Source: an uncultured Candidatus Saccharibacteria bacterium (lineage in GTDB: Bacteria; Patescibacteriota; Saccharimonadia; Saccharimonadales; JAGQNJ01). Taken from it: a stretch of 64,000 nt of DNA. The DNA is taken from contig CAYRSA010000002.1 of assembly GCA_964426845.1 (NCBI GenBank), positions 34,495 through 98,494 on the forward strand. The letters run 5' to 3'. The notes below the pieces were generated by a model. That model was not told the origin of the DNA, ran no database searches, and saw only the letters and a list, made by a program, of their open reading frames with translations. The position numbers and the translations under genes are program-made. Below are positions 8,592-17,984 of the stretch, in pieces (positions within the stretch are counted from its first letter, which is position 1; the number at the start of each line of letters is the position of its first letter).

Positions 8592-10074
8592 GACTTGGCT
8601 TCTCCTCTATCTCTGTTAGTATAGCAGACCGCGCCTTGATTTTCACCCTCAACAGTACCACCAACGCCAGAATCGCTAGGTTCAAAATAACCATCTGTAA
8701 GACATCAATATGTACCTCTATGTTGGCGTAGGGCACCTTGGCCAGCAAACTGGAAATACTTAACATATATTCCAGCACGATTTGGCCCGGCAAAACTATG
8801 AGCTTAGAAAACATGAAATTGAACATTCCAGCCAGACCCGCCAGGAAACTCAGCAACATAGCTAGAGGAGTTAGTGGCACCACCAGCAGATTAGCCAGAA
8901 TACTAATCAGTGACAAGCGACCGAAGATGTATAAAATGACCGGCAAGGTACACAGCTGAGCCGAAACCGTCTCTGATAAAACCGATGGAATCATTTTTTC
9001 CTGCCACCGCTCTGGCACGAACCGCTGGTTCAATAGCGGTCCTACAACTAATACTCCGAAAAAAGCCGTGAAGGACAAGTACCAGCCGATGTTGGACCAT
9101 AAATACAGAGGGTTGATGCCGGCCGTCAAAGCGGCCACCGACAACAGTAGCAACATCGGTTTGAAAGCTCGGCCCCACAGCCAAGCTATAAGACTAATGC
9201 CACTGACAACCGCCGCTCGGACGATCGACGGAGCATAGCCAGTAAATAGTAAGAATATGCCGATCAAAGCCAGTGAGAAAAAAAGCGACTGAAATCTAGA
9301 CCGCCGGCGGAACAGACGCCGGACAATCTCGATAATCACGGTCAAGTTATAGCCCGAAACAGCCACGATATGAATCAGGCCGACAGTAATCATCTCTTCC
9401 TCCAGGGTCGGATCAAGAGTAGTCCGCTGACCAATCAGAATACCCAAGCCAAAGGCCGCCAAGCGTTCCGGTAACATATCTTGCATGCCGGCGGCGAAGT
9501 CCCGCCGAATCTTCTCAACCGGTGACTTGGACCGTGAAATCAAAGACAGCTTCGCGAAACTAGTCCCAACAATCTGGCCACCACGTTTGCGAAACAGCCG
9601 GCCCTGAATCATCAGCCGATCACCGCGGTAAACAATTGGCAAACCCTGGCCTTCGACATCCATTTCACCGACCAAATCGACGGCAAACGGTTCGTGTAAA
9701 ACCATGCTGCCAACCGCAAATTCTAACTGACCACGATCGCTATAGACTGCATCATCAATGGCCGTGGCCTGAATAGTCACCGTCCTGCCGATCAAGCCAT
9801 CGTAGATAGCAGTCTGTTGCATTACTAATGCCCCGCGCCACCAACCAAGCAAGAACAAAGTCAGTGATAGGGCCAGCATCAAGAACGGTCGCTTACGGCT
9901 GACAGAAAATACAAAACCCGTAACTCCAAAAGCCACAACTACCCATATCCCTTCTATCACCGGCAGTCGCCGAGCCGCCCCTAACCCGGCCAAGAACATG
10001 GCGAGAGCAATCGTAAAGATTAAAGTCAGGCGCAGCGGCTTTTTCCTACCCATAGCCCGCAGGCTAGCAAACAA
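8560..10074 (-). CDS. comEC: ComEC/Rec2 DNA internalisation channel, short form without the C-terminal metallo-beta-lactamase domain
   Basis: Polytopic membrane protein with a competence-domain pattern (GLIHIVAVSGYNL). An ATG at 10053 is an alternative start. The 3' end overlaps yebC by 32 nt. Confidence 0.8.
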   Translation of the reverse strand: MFASLRAMGRKKPLRLTLIFTIALAMFLAGLGAARRLPVIEGIWVVVAFGVTGFVFSVSRKRPFLMLALSLTLFLLGWWRGALVMQQTAIYDGLIGRTVTIQATAIDDAVYSDRGQLEFAVGSMVLHEPFAVDLVGEMDVEGQGLPIVYRGDRLMIQGRLFRKRGGQIVGTSFAKLSLISRSKSPVEKIRRDFAAGMQDMLPERLAAFGLGILIGQRTTLDPTLEEEMITVGLIHIVAVSGYNLTVIIEIVRRLFRRRSRFQSLFFSLALIGIFLLFTGYAPSIVRAAVVSGISLIAWLWGRAFKPMLLLLSVAALTAGINPLYLWSNIGWYLSFTAFFGVLVVGPLLNQRFVPERWQEKMIPSVLSETVSAQLCTLPVILYIFGRLSLISILANLLVVPLTPLAMLLSFLAGLAGMFNFMFSKLIVLPGQIVLEYMLSISSLLAKVPYANIEVHIDVLQMVILNLAILALVVLLRVKIKARSAILTEIEEKPSHVRTQQVVNN

Positions 10075-10097
10075 AGATTAGCTTTTGCTTAACTGCG

Positions 10098-10126
10098 TTG
10101 ACTTTTGGGCCAAAAACAGAGATAAT
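10098..10126 (+). promoter_or_regulatory. promoter of tRNA-Lys
   Basis: TTGACT, a 17-nt spacer, then GATAAT. It ends 26 nt before the tRNA. Confidence 0.55.
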
Positions 10127-10152
10127 TCACTCTGTTTTAGCCGTAGTTTTAC

Positions 10153-10229
10153 GGGTCCGTAGCTCAGCTGGTTAGAGCACCTGCCTTTTAAGCAGGGTGT
10201 CGTGGGTTCAAGTCCCACCGGACCCTCCA
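10153..10229 (+). tRNA. tRNA-Lys (anticodon UUU), CCA encoded
   Basis: Manual cloverleaf: GGGTCCG-TA-GCTC-AGCTGGTTA-GAGC-A-CCTGC-CTTTTAA-GCAGG-GTGTC-GTGGG-TTCAAGT-CCCAC-CGGACCC-T-CCA. Confidence 0.95.
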
Positions 10230-10254
10230 GATCAACTTGAGTTATACTTAGGCT

Positions 10255-11199
10255 ATGGACAAAACTGACGAAAATACTATCAAGAGCGGTCATCTCGCTG
10301 TTGGCCAAGGCCACAAGCTGTTCTGGGAAGATTGGGGTAACTCAAAAAGCTTTCCAATTATATTTCTCCATGGCGGTCCTGGTGGCGGCTACGGCATGAA
10401 ACATAAATTGTTATTTGATCCTAACCGGCACCGCGTTATTTTCTTTGACCAACGTGGCGCAGGCAATAGCACACCTTATGCCAGCACTAAAAATAACACC
10501 ACCCAAGACTTAATAAGTGACATTGAAAAGCTCCGTAAACATCTTGGTATCGACAAAGCTCACATAACTGGAAGGTCATGGGGCTCAGCCTTAGCTTTGG
10601 CTTATGCCATTGCCCATCCCAGCAGCGTCAAGAGTATGTTAATCGGCGGGGTTTATTTTGGTTCACGATTTGAAAACGACTTTATTTCAACAGGCTATGT
10701 CCGCTATACCTATCCTGAAGCTTGGGAGAGATATATCGCCCTGGTGCCGGAAGATCATAGAGCCACCGGAACATCCATAACTCAGTACTACTCGGGCAAA
10801 ATGCACTCTTCCAACGCCAAGGAAGCTAAAAAGTATGCTGATGAGTGGACCTTGTGGGAAGCTTCAACTCTATCTATAAACTACGACCAAAGAGCAGTTG
10901 AAGCCGATGTACTAGGCGAAGATAATCTAGCCATTGCCAGACTCGAAACTCACTACTTTCTTAATGACTGTTTCATGCCCGATAACTTTATTCTTGATAA
11001 TGTTAAAAGGATAAAGCATATCCCTTGCTACGTGGTCCAAGGACGTTTTGACAACTGCACTCCACCCGATACAGCCTATAGATTATCGAAAGCATACGGT
11101 GAAAAGCTAACACTGCAATGGGTCAACGCCGGTCATCGAAGCTCTGAACTCGAGGTCCGTGCCGCTGAACGAGCAGTGATTAACACATTAATGGTTTAG
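10255..11199 (+). CDS. pip: prolyl aminopeptidase (proline iminopeptidase, alpha/beta hydrolase)
   Basis: FLHGGPGGG, the GRSWGS nucleophile elbow, and the overall pip pattern. Confidence 0.85.
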   Translation: MDKTDENTIKSGHLAVGQGHKLFWEDWGNSKSFPIIFLHGGPGGGYGMKHKLLFDPNRHRVIFFDQRGAGNSTPYASTKNNTTQDLISDIEKLRKHLGIDKAHITGRSWGSALALAYAIAHPSSVKSMLIGGVYFGSRFENDFISTGYVRYTYPEAWERYIALVPEDHRATGTSITQYYSGKMHSSNAKEAKKYADEWTLWEASTLSINYDQRAVEADVLGEDNLAIARLETHYFLNDCFMPDNFILDNVKRIKHIPCYVVQGRFDNCTPPDTAYRLSKAYGEKLTLQWVNAGHRSSELEVRAAERAVINTLMV

Positions 11200-11241
11200 C
11201 CAAACAAAAAACCCCAAGTCCCCCAAGCGTTCTTTGCAATA

Positions 11242-11270
11242 TAGACTTTGATTAGTATTTGTTGTATAAT
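11242..11270 (+). promoter_or_regulatory. promoter with its -10 box 6 nt before the ATG (leaderless)
   Basis: TAGACT, a 17-nt spacer, TATAAT (11265-11270), then ATG at 11277. Confidence 0.5.
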
Positions 11271-11276
11271 TAACTC

Positions 11277-12626
11277 ATGACAGAGGTGCTTGACCACGCC
11301 TGGATCGACAGCTATAAAGGCCTATTAACTGTTCCTCGAAATATCCACGAGCATCTTCGTGTGGCCGACGGCGATACTCATAAAGCCATGTTTCTTGATT
11401 CCGGCTTCACTGTTAATCCTGACTTGACTCCGGCTGTCGATCTGGAGAGAGTTGACTCTGTCGACCAAGACCTAGCCCACCTTCGAGATGACATAGCAAC
11501 CCACGAAGAGCAGCAAGTAGTCCGAGATGCTTACCTACCAAGATTAACCGAGTTACGAACGAACCTGACTATTCTAAAAGCAGCTACAGCAGGCGATCCA
11601 GAAGAATTTGGAACTGCCAACGTCGAAAACTTCGGCGAACCTGACCCCGGGCTAACCAACTCAGTGCTAGCCTTCTTCCACACCTTTGCTGAAAAAGAAT
11701 TTGCTGAAGGTCGCACACCTGAAATCGTGGAGGCTGCCCGCCGAGTCCGAGCCGTGTTGCCACCCTACCAGCCAACCGATACTATGCTCGGCATCAGCGA
11801 CCAGGATTTCGCCAAAGGCCAAGCTCTATATGCCGACTTCTATGATGAGCTCCTGGAGGGCATTGACATCCCCGAAGAAGTCACAGGACAACAAGGTTTG
11901 GGCATTGTACAGGCCATCCTAGATAACGGCGGATCCGGTTACACAGCAATTGAGCAAAAACCCGGCGTCACCACTGCTTCTGTACAACACGAAGAACAAA
12001 AACTTAAATTTCCTATGGACGTAGTTTATTCTCGCCAACAATTCATTGGTTTGATGGGTCATGAGGGCGAAATTCACATTAAGGAGCGTGTCAACGGCTA
12101 CCAACAACCGCTACAGATTCTCGGCAGTGGCTTAGCCTTTTATCTACCAGGTAGCGAAGGTAAAGGCGTCATGGCCGAGCAAGTTTTGGGCAGCTCTTTC
12201 GTTGAATTCATGGACAGTCAACGCTTCTTCGACATTGCCCGTCGCTACTTATCGCTGGGACTGGCCCGAGGAGCCGACGGCCATGAACCTCGCGACTTTA
12301 AAGATGTTTTTCAAATCATGAATGCCTTGGATAGTCTATGGGAGCTGATTCAAAACCCCGACCAGCCCGGGTCGGCTGGATTGCACTCAGTTGACCGAAC
12401 CTGGGAGCTTCTAGCTATGCGTACGCACCGTGGCTATAGCCACCCGGGTATGGCCTTCCTAAAAGATAAGCTCTATCTCGAAGGTAATCTGGCTCAATGG
12501 AATGTGCTGATGCGCAAACCCGATCTGTTCCCCTACCTGAACCTGGGCAAATATGACGCCTCTAACCCGGATCACATCGCTGTTCTTTGCGAAGCCAACA
12601 TTCTGCCTGGCAAGTTCTGTCTCTAG
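11277..12626 (+). CDS. hypothetical protein, possibly a DUF1704-like metallopeptidase
   Basis: MGHEGEIH (HExxxH-like) followed by NG..QPL...GL....PGSEGKGVMAE, which resembles the QEGLA-motif family. The assignment is tentative. Confidence 0.4.
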   Translation: MTEVLDHAWIDSYKGLLTVPRNIHEHLRVADGDTHKAMFLDSGFTVNPDLTPAVDLERVDSVDQDLAHLRDDIATHEEQQVVRDAYLPRLTELRTNLTILKAATAGDPEEFGTANVENFGEPDPGLTNSVLAFFHTFAEKEFAEGRTPEIVEAARRVRAVLPPYQPTDTMLGISDQDFAKGQALYADFYDELLEGIDIPEEVTGQQGLGIVQAILDNGGSGYTAIEQKPGVTTASVQHEEQKLKFPMDVVYSRQQFIGLMGHEGEIHIKERVNGYQQPLQILGSGLAFYLPGSEGKGVMAEQVLGSSFVEFMDSQRFFDIARRYLSLGLARGADGHEPRDFKDVFQIMNALDSLWELIQNPDQPGSAGLHSVDRTWELLAMRTHRGYSHPGMAFLKDKLYLEGNLAQWNVLMRKPDLFPYLNLGKYDASNPDHIAVLCEANILPGKFCL

Positions 12627-12662
12627 TACTAGCCCCTGGGGCGTGTATAATAAACCTTAAGC

Positions 12663-13058
12663 ATGAGCAGAAATAATCAGTCGGGTTTTACTCTAGTAGA
12701 GCTAGTCATCACCATTCTAGTGCTGGGCGTGGTTCTAACCAGCGTCGTGACTTTATTTGTCAACATCCAACAGGCCCAAACTCACACTCGCTATCTTGAG
12801 ACCGCCACCTACGCCGCTCAGGCCGAAATCGAATCGCTTAGAAACATCAACTACAACAATCTGACGCCTGGACAAACTATCAACTTCACTAATGAACTAC
12901 CCGACAGCCTGCCCCCGGGAGCCACCGGGACAGTCACGGTCAGCGAACCTGTCTCCGGCCTCAGGCGCGTAGACGTGAATGTTAGCTATAGTTATAAAGG
13001 CAAGGACCGCACTGTCAGTCTCAGCTCCTTAATTGGCGTATTGGGGATTACTCAATGA
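12663..13058 (+). CDS. minor pilin (prepilin N-terminal methylation domain)
   Basis: MSRNNQSG|FTLVELVITI. Confidence 0.85.
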   Translation: MSRNNQSGFTLVELVITILVLGVVLTSVVTLFVNIQQAQTHTRYLETATYAAQAEIESLRNINYNNLTPGQTINFTNELPDSLPPGATGTVTVSEPVSGLRRVDVNVSYSYKGKDRTVSLSSLIGVLGITQ

Positions 13059-13714
13059 TCCGCTCAAACTCCAAGGGCTTTACTGTAGTCGAACTAGCAA
13101 TTGCTATTAGTGTAACTGGAATTCTATTGGCTCTTATCTTCGGCTTTATGACCAATAGCTTACAGCAATACTCCAACGACACTAATCGGGCTAATCTACT
13201 GAATAGTGCTCAGACTGGCTTCGAGGTTATCACCAACGATATTCGCCTCAGCGCCAACGCTGACGAAAAAAACCGCTGGCCAGATGCCCATGCTCCAAGC
13301 GGTGACTTTAGCTGGGAAAGCGATTCCGACACCTTGGTGCTGGCCACGGCTGTCGAAGACAACAACGGCAATATTATCTTTGCCGACCCGGCCAACTATA
13401 TCTCTCAGAAAAACAATGTCATCTACTTCCTACAGAACGACACCTTGTATAAGCGCGTTATCGCCGCCCCGGACGCTAACAACTCCCAAAAAAACACCTG
13501 TCCATCGGCTCAAGCCTCAACCAGCTGCCCGGCCGACAAAGTAATCCTACAAAACGTCAAGGAATTCCAGATTAAATACATTGACGAAAAAAATAGTGAA
13601 GTTGCGCCAACTGAAGCCCGATCCGTCGAACTGTATGCCAAACTAGAGAAGAAAGCTTTCGCCGAGCCAGTAACTGTAGATTACAGGACGAGGATGGTGT
13701 TTAGAAATGATTAA
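13055..13714 (+). CDS. minor pilin (prepilin N-terminal methylation domain)
   Basis: MIRSNSKG|FTVVELAIAI. 4-nt overlap with the upstream gene. Confidence 0.85.
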   Translation: MIRSNSKGFTVVELAIAISVTGILLALIFGFMTNSLQQYSNDTNRANLLNSAQTGFEVITNDIRLSANADEKNRWPDAHAPSGDFSWESDSDTLVLATAVEDNNGNIIFADPANYISQKNNVIYFLQNDTLYKRVIAAPDANNSQKNTCPSAQASTSCPADKVILQNVKEFQIKYIDEKNSEVAPTEARSVELYAKLEKKAFAEPVTVDYRTRMVFRND

Positions 13715-15107
13715 ACTGCGCAATAACCAGAATGGTATGATTCTTGTGAGTGTATTCATAATTGTCGGCGCTTTGCTAATTATCGGCATATCTCTGGCCG
13801 GTTACACCATGAGCCAATACACAATCGCCAACCGCAAAGTCGGCTCGACCAATGCCAATCTAGTGGCTGAAGCCGGGGTCGAGCAGTCTATGCAAGGCCT
13901 GAATGAAAACGACAACTTCGCCGGTTATCCGACGCCACAAGTTTTCTTCAACAGCCCAACCCAGGGCCGAGGAGTTTTCACTACTACGGTCGAGAACGCC
14001 CAGGCCAGCAATACCAAGATAATTACCGCCACCGGCACAGTCTATAAATACAACCAATCCGCCAATCCAATTTCTACCAGAAAAGTTAAAGTTACTGTTG
14101 TAGGAACCACATCGGAGGGCTACTCAGTTCATTCGGGGCCGGGCGGCCTAATTCTGGGTGGTTCAGCTAATATCACTAACTCCGACGTCTTTGTCGGCGG
14201 TACCATCACCATGACCGGCGCTGCTCGCATCGGCACAAACTCCCAGCCCCTGGATGTAAACGTTGCGCACCAATCCTGCCCGACTGGCAATAATCCCGGC
14301 TCCACCTACCCAACTGTCTGCACCAGTGGCCAGCCTATTAGCCTGCAACAGAGCACCTTTATATACGGCAACGTTTGCGCTACTGGTCAAACTAGCTACG
14401 GTCCTAATCCGAGCAAAAACATCCAGCCGGGCAACGGTGGCCAGGGCTTGATGTTGGGTTGTGTAGCCCCGCCAACCTCGCCGCCGACTTATGACCGAGC
14501 CGCCCACATCGCTGCTATGACTACAACCGGGGCCGGTAACAGCAATACATACGTCTGCAGTAACTGGCCCTTCACCCGTAACTGGCCGGCCAATCTAAAA
14601 CTCACAGGTAATGTCAGCATAGGTAGCAGCTGCGACCTGACCATCAATGGCGATGTCTATATTACTGGCGACCTTAGCTTTGGGGGTGCCGCCCGTATCC
14701 GGATTGCTGATTCAGTCGGCACCGATCGGCCGGTGATTGTTGTTGACGGCAATATTAGCGTCGGCGGCTCGGCTCAGATTATTGCCAACTCATCAGGCAC
14801 TGGCGCTCATTTCATCAGCTTCCGAACCAACGCTGCTTGCAACCCTAATTGTACAGCTTTGACAGGTACGGCTCTAAAAACCTCTCAGTCTCTGCAAACC
14901 GTGACAGTTGGCGGGGCTGCCAACTTGCCAGGCATGATCTTCCAGTCCTATTGGGGCAAAATAAATCTAGCCGGCAGTGGCAACCTAGGGGCCGCCGCCG
15001 GTCAAACCATTGACCTCAGCGGTGCCGGCACCATTACTTTTGGAACTACCCTATCGTCCGGCGAGCGCAGTTGGACCATTACCAGCTATCAGCAAAAATT
15101 CGACTGA
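13707..15107 (+). CDS. PilX-N-like pilus-associated protein with a large Gly/Thr-rich, beta-helix-like C-terminal region
   Basis: N-terminus NQNGMILVSVFIIVGALL...ANLVAEAGVEQ (PilX_N pattern). Repetitive G-x-a-x-I-t-g segments. 8-nt overlap with the upstream pilin. Confidence 0.65.
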   Translation: MIKLRNNQNGMILVSVFIIVGALLIIGISLAGYTMSQYTIANRKVGSTNANLVAEAGVEQSMQGLNENDNFAGYPTPQVFFNSPTQGRGVFTTTVENAQASNTKIITATGTVYKYNQSANPISTRKVKVTVVGTTSEGYSVHSGPGGLILGGSANITNSDVFVGGTITMTGAARIGTNSQPLDVNVAHQSCPTGNNPGSTYPTVCTSGQPISLQQSTFIYGNVCATGQTSYGPNPSKNIQPGNGGQGLMLGCVAPPTSPPTYDRAAHIAAMTTTGAGNSNTYVCSNWPFTRNWPANLKLTGNVSIGSSCDLTINGDVYITGDLSFGGAARIRIADSVGTDRPVIVVDGNISVGGSAQIIANSSGTGAHFISFRTNAACNPNCTALTGTALKTSQSLQTVTVGGAANLPGMIFQSYWGKINLAGSGNLGAAAGQTIDLSGAGTITFGTTLSSGERSWTITSYQQKFD

Positions 15108-15108
15108 C

Positions 15109-15597
15109 CTAATCTTTGCGACGACGCCTACCCTTGCCTTCGCCACGGTTCAAGACCCACAAAGCCACCAGTTGAATCAAGACCACCCCGCCAATAATGG
15201 CGCTACTGGTATCTAGTAAACTGCGACCTAGCGGCACCTTGGCCACTTCGGCTTTAATCTCCGGTGGAAGTACCGGCAAGATAAAGGCCGCGTATACGAT
15301 ACTGGTAATAATCAGCGGGAAGAAGTTCAATATTCCCTTGGTACGCGAAATACTGCCTTTCAAAAACAAGGCCGTTAGAATAATCGGCAAAGTTATAACT
15401 ATGGCTTCCGAATAATGAGCCAAGCTGCCGTCTTTAAAGGTGTTACTGATAAAATGTTCGACGTCTTTGCCAAAATAGCGACCCAGGAGTTCCCCGGCCA
15501 TAACGCTAAAGAATAGATGCGAAGCGCTGACTCGGAAGAACAAGCCAAAGAATATTGGAATTCCGATAATGACACCGAGAATTATGTACGAAAGCAT
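15109..15597 (-). CDS. polytopic membrane protein, function unknown
   Basis: About 5 TM helices and a basic C-terminal tail. TATTAT sits 7 nt upstream of the ATG. Confidence 0.6.
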   Translation of the reverse strand: MLSYIILGVIIGIPIFFGLFFRVSASHLFFSVMAGELLGRYFGKDVEHFISNTFKDGSLAHYSEAIVITLPIILTALFLKGSISRTKGILNFFPLIITSIVYAAFILPVLPPEIKAEVAKVPLGRSLLDTSSAIIGGVVLIQLVALWVLNRGEGKGRRRRKD

Positions 15598-15622
15598 AAG
15601 CCTAATAATACCAGAGGTACGC

Positions 15623-16183
15623 CTAAAACTGTAGTTGGCTACCTGGAGTAAGATAAGCCTTTTTGGCTACGCCAGCATTGACCTCTATAACATAAACGGC
15701 CGGCTGAGGGGGACATATTTCATCCGGGTAGCTCTCTGGCTGAACATCAGCTTCGACGTGAACGACTTTCTTGTTAGTATCCACCCAGATCATGTCCAGA
15801 GGAAATTGCATGTCCTTCATCCAAAAACAGTGCTTACTGGACTCGGGGAAGACGAACAACATACCTTGATTGGCTGGCATAGATACTCGGCCAGACAGAC
15901 CCCTAGCTAAATCATCGGGCTCACTAACCCGCTCTAGGCTTAGGCATTCATGGTTCGGCCCAGATATGCGTTTCGGGCTGTCGGCGACGTCATCGAAGTC
16001 AGTGTTATCAATTACCTGGATACAACCTGGTCCGCCGCGACTAGTAATCATATATGCTAGAGCGCCCAGCATCACTACGACCAGCAGAGCCAGAACTGCC
16101 AGCAGAACCCACTCTTGAAGAGACCGACGCTTAGGCGCCGACGCGGTCTTTTTTACGGGTTCGCCCGGCGTTTTGTTCGACAT
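15623..16183 (-). CDS. DUF192 domain protein with an N-terminal TM anchor
   Basis: MLFVFP....FWMKDM.FPLDMIWVD pattern. The start overlaps the rimK 3' end by 53 nt. Confidence 0.75.
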   Translation of the reverse strand: MSNKTPGEPVKKTASAPKRRSLQEWVLLAVLALLVVVMLGALAYMITSRGGPGCIQVIDNTDFDDVADSPKRISGPNHECLSLERVSEPDDLARGLSGRVSMPANQGMLFVFPESSKHCFWMKDMQFPLDMIWVDTNKKVVHVEADVQPESYPDEICPPQPAVYVIEVNAGVAKKAYLTPGSQLQF

Positions 16184-17036
16184 ACTCTATTATCTTACCG
16201 GCAACGTTGCGTTCCGTCACACTTTCTACGCTATACAATCCGGGGCTAGAGTTAACCTCCAGGACCAATGGCCCTCGTTTACTCCGCACCATGTCCACTC
16301 CACAAATTGCTAGACCCATAGCCTTAGCGGCCTTCTGAGCCGTCTTGCGCTCTTCTTCTGTCAGTTTTACGGCTGTAGCACTACCACCTTGGTGTAGGTT
16401 GGAGCGGAAGTCATCATCTAGACCCTGGCGCTTAACGCTGGCTACTACTTTCCCACCAACAATGAAGGCTCGGATATCGGCACCATCGGCTTCGTCAATA
16501 AATTCTTGTACCAAAAAGTTCACCTGCTCGACGTAGAAAGCTTGCATTACGGCTTCGGCAGCTTTCTTAGTCTCGGCTAGTACCACTCCACGGCCATGAG
16601 TGCCGCGGGCTACTTTAATAATCAGCGGCGTGCCACCAGCTTGCTCAATAACATCTTCGACATCTGCCGTTTCCCGAGCAAACACCGTTTTTGGAATACC
16701 AACACTAGCTTTTGCCAGAATTTGAGTCGCCCGCAGTTTATCACGGGTTCTATTGATAGCCAGTGAGCTGGCTGAAGAAAAAACACCTTGCATCTCAAAT
16801 TGGCGCACCATGGCGGTGCCGTACTTGGTCAACCCAGCCGCAATGCGCGGGATCACCACATCAATATCTTCTAGAGCTTCACCTTCATAGCGAACCACCG
16901 GAATGTTTTGCTCGATCGTGACATAACACTGAGCATAGTTAATTACTCGAACGTTATGTCCTCGCGCTAAAGCCTCTTCTTTTAGACGCTTGGTAGAGTA
17001 GTTACCTGGTCCTTTAGATAAAATCGCAATATTCAT
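16131..17036 (-). CDS. rimK: RimK family alpha-L-glutamate ligase (ATP-grasp)
   Basis: Full-length RimK pattern (IPRI....T.YG, ATP-grasp motifs, NSSPG). Confidence 0.9.
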   Translation of the reverse strand: MNIAILSKGPGNYSTKRLKEEALARGHNVRVINYAQCYVTIEQNIPVVRYEGEALEDIDVVIPRIAAGLTKYGTAMVRQFEMQGVFSSASSLAINRTRDKLRATQILAKASVGIPKTVFARETADVEDVIEQAGGTPLIIKVARGTHGRGVVLAETKKAAEAVMQAFYVEQVNFLVQEFIDEADGADIRAFIVGGKVVASVKRQGLDDDFRSNLHQGGSATAVKLTEEERKTAQKAAKAMGLAICGVDMVRSKRGPLVLEVNSSPGLYSVESVTERNVAGKIIEYVEQNAGRTRKKDRVGA

Positions 17037-17039
17037 AAT

Positions 17040-17519
17040 CTACTCCAAGTCTTCCGCATCATCTGGTAGCTTAATGCCAAATTCTTTTTTAAGCAACTGA
17101 CGATTTACACTGCCGGTGCTGACATCGACAAGAAAACGGCCCTTTAACAGCTTTCGACCCACCAGTACTGGGAATAAATTCTTAGAACGATCGGCTAGTG
17201 TGAAGGAGGTGTTAAAAATCTTTGGGCCCATCTTTACCCGCAGCTCAACCTCGTATCGATACTCTTCGTGTCCAAAAGAATTAGTGATTCTTACACGGCT
17301 AAACTGGGTGGTCTCAAAAGTATGACTTTCTGGAGCAGCTCTATGCCCGAGTAACTTACAGGTCAGGAAGTTCTTGCCATTTTTTTTTGCTACATTAATG
17401 TTAGACGCATGAATAGCCGACCGGAAAGCTCCAGTATCAATTTTCGCTGGAACGCCCTGAGCTACACCAACAAAATCGATGGTCTCGTTTCGACTGATAA
17501 CGACCTGGTACTTACTCAT
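17040..17519 (-). CDS. RimK-associated retropepsin-like aspartic protease (DUF785 / putative ATP-dependent zinc protease family)
   Basis: AKIDTGA motif, about 160 aa, immediately upstream of rimK. Confidence 0.75.
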   Translation of the reverse strand: MSKYQVVISRNETIDFVGVAQGVPAKIDTGAFRSAIHASNINVAKKNGKNFLTCKLLGHRAAPESHTFETTQFSRVRITNSFGHEEYRYEVELRVKMGPKIFNTSFTLADRSKNLFPVLVGRKLLKGRFLVDVSTGSVNRQLLKKEFGIKLPDDAEDLE

Positions 17520-17559
17520 ATTTTCGTCCTTTTTGACATTATACTAGCTATTTCTCGGT

Positions 17560-17588
17560 ATTATACCAATATTCAACTCCAATGTCAA
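17560..17588 (-). promoter_or_regulatory. consensus sigma70 promoter of the protease-rimK-DUF192 operon
   Basis: On the minus strand: TTGACA (17588-17583), a 17-nt spacer, TATAAT (17565-17560). Confidence 0.65.
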
Positions 17589-17602
17589 TATATGCGCCTC
17601 TG

Positions 17603-17941
17603 TTAACCGGCGCTGACAACTCGCCAAAAAACTAAAGCAATCGCCCCTAAAACTAGCAGTAACAGGATAACAATCATGGTGATGAAACCACTCTGATCAT
17701 TCGGTAGTCTTCTCTTGGCACTCGCTACTCGCTGGTCCCAATTACTATCATCTGTCAAATCTTCTTGGTGGCCATCAAGCAACGACTTAACCCCAGCCGC
17801 CAGGGCCTCGTCGTGTCTGGTTATCTGATGCGGTGGTCGGTCTTCGGCCAACATGTGAACAACCTCAGGCCAAGTGAGGTTAGCGCCATCCATGGTGTCA
17901 GGCAAGTGCTCGCCGGCGCCCGTAATAGGTATCTCGCTCAT
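17603..17941 (-). CDS. hypothetical protein with a C-terminal TM helix
   Basis: It is the only long ORF in this interval. TATACT sits 6 nt upstream of the ATG. Confidence 0.55.
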   Translation of the reverse strand: MSEIPITGAGEHLPDTMDGANLTWPEVVHMLAEDRPPHQITRHDEALAAGVKSLLDGHQEDLTDDSNWDQRVASAKRRLPNDQSGFITMIVILLLLVLGAIALVFWRVVSAG

Positions 17942-17984
17942 GATTGTAGTATAGCCAAAGTCCGACCCCTTGACCAGTCGGCCG

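Noticed and set aside
10078-10314. 78-aa minus-strand ORF in the track
   Set aside because: It lies antisense across tRNA-Lys (10153-10229) and its promoter. It has no RBS and is a shadow ORF.
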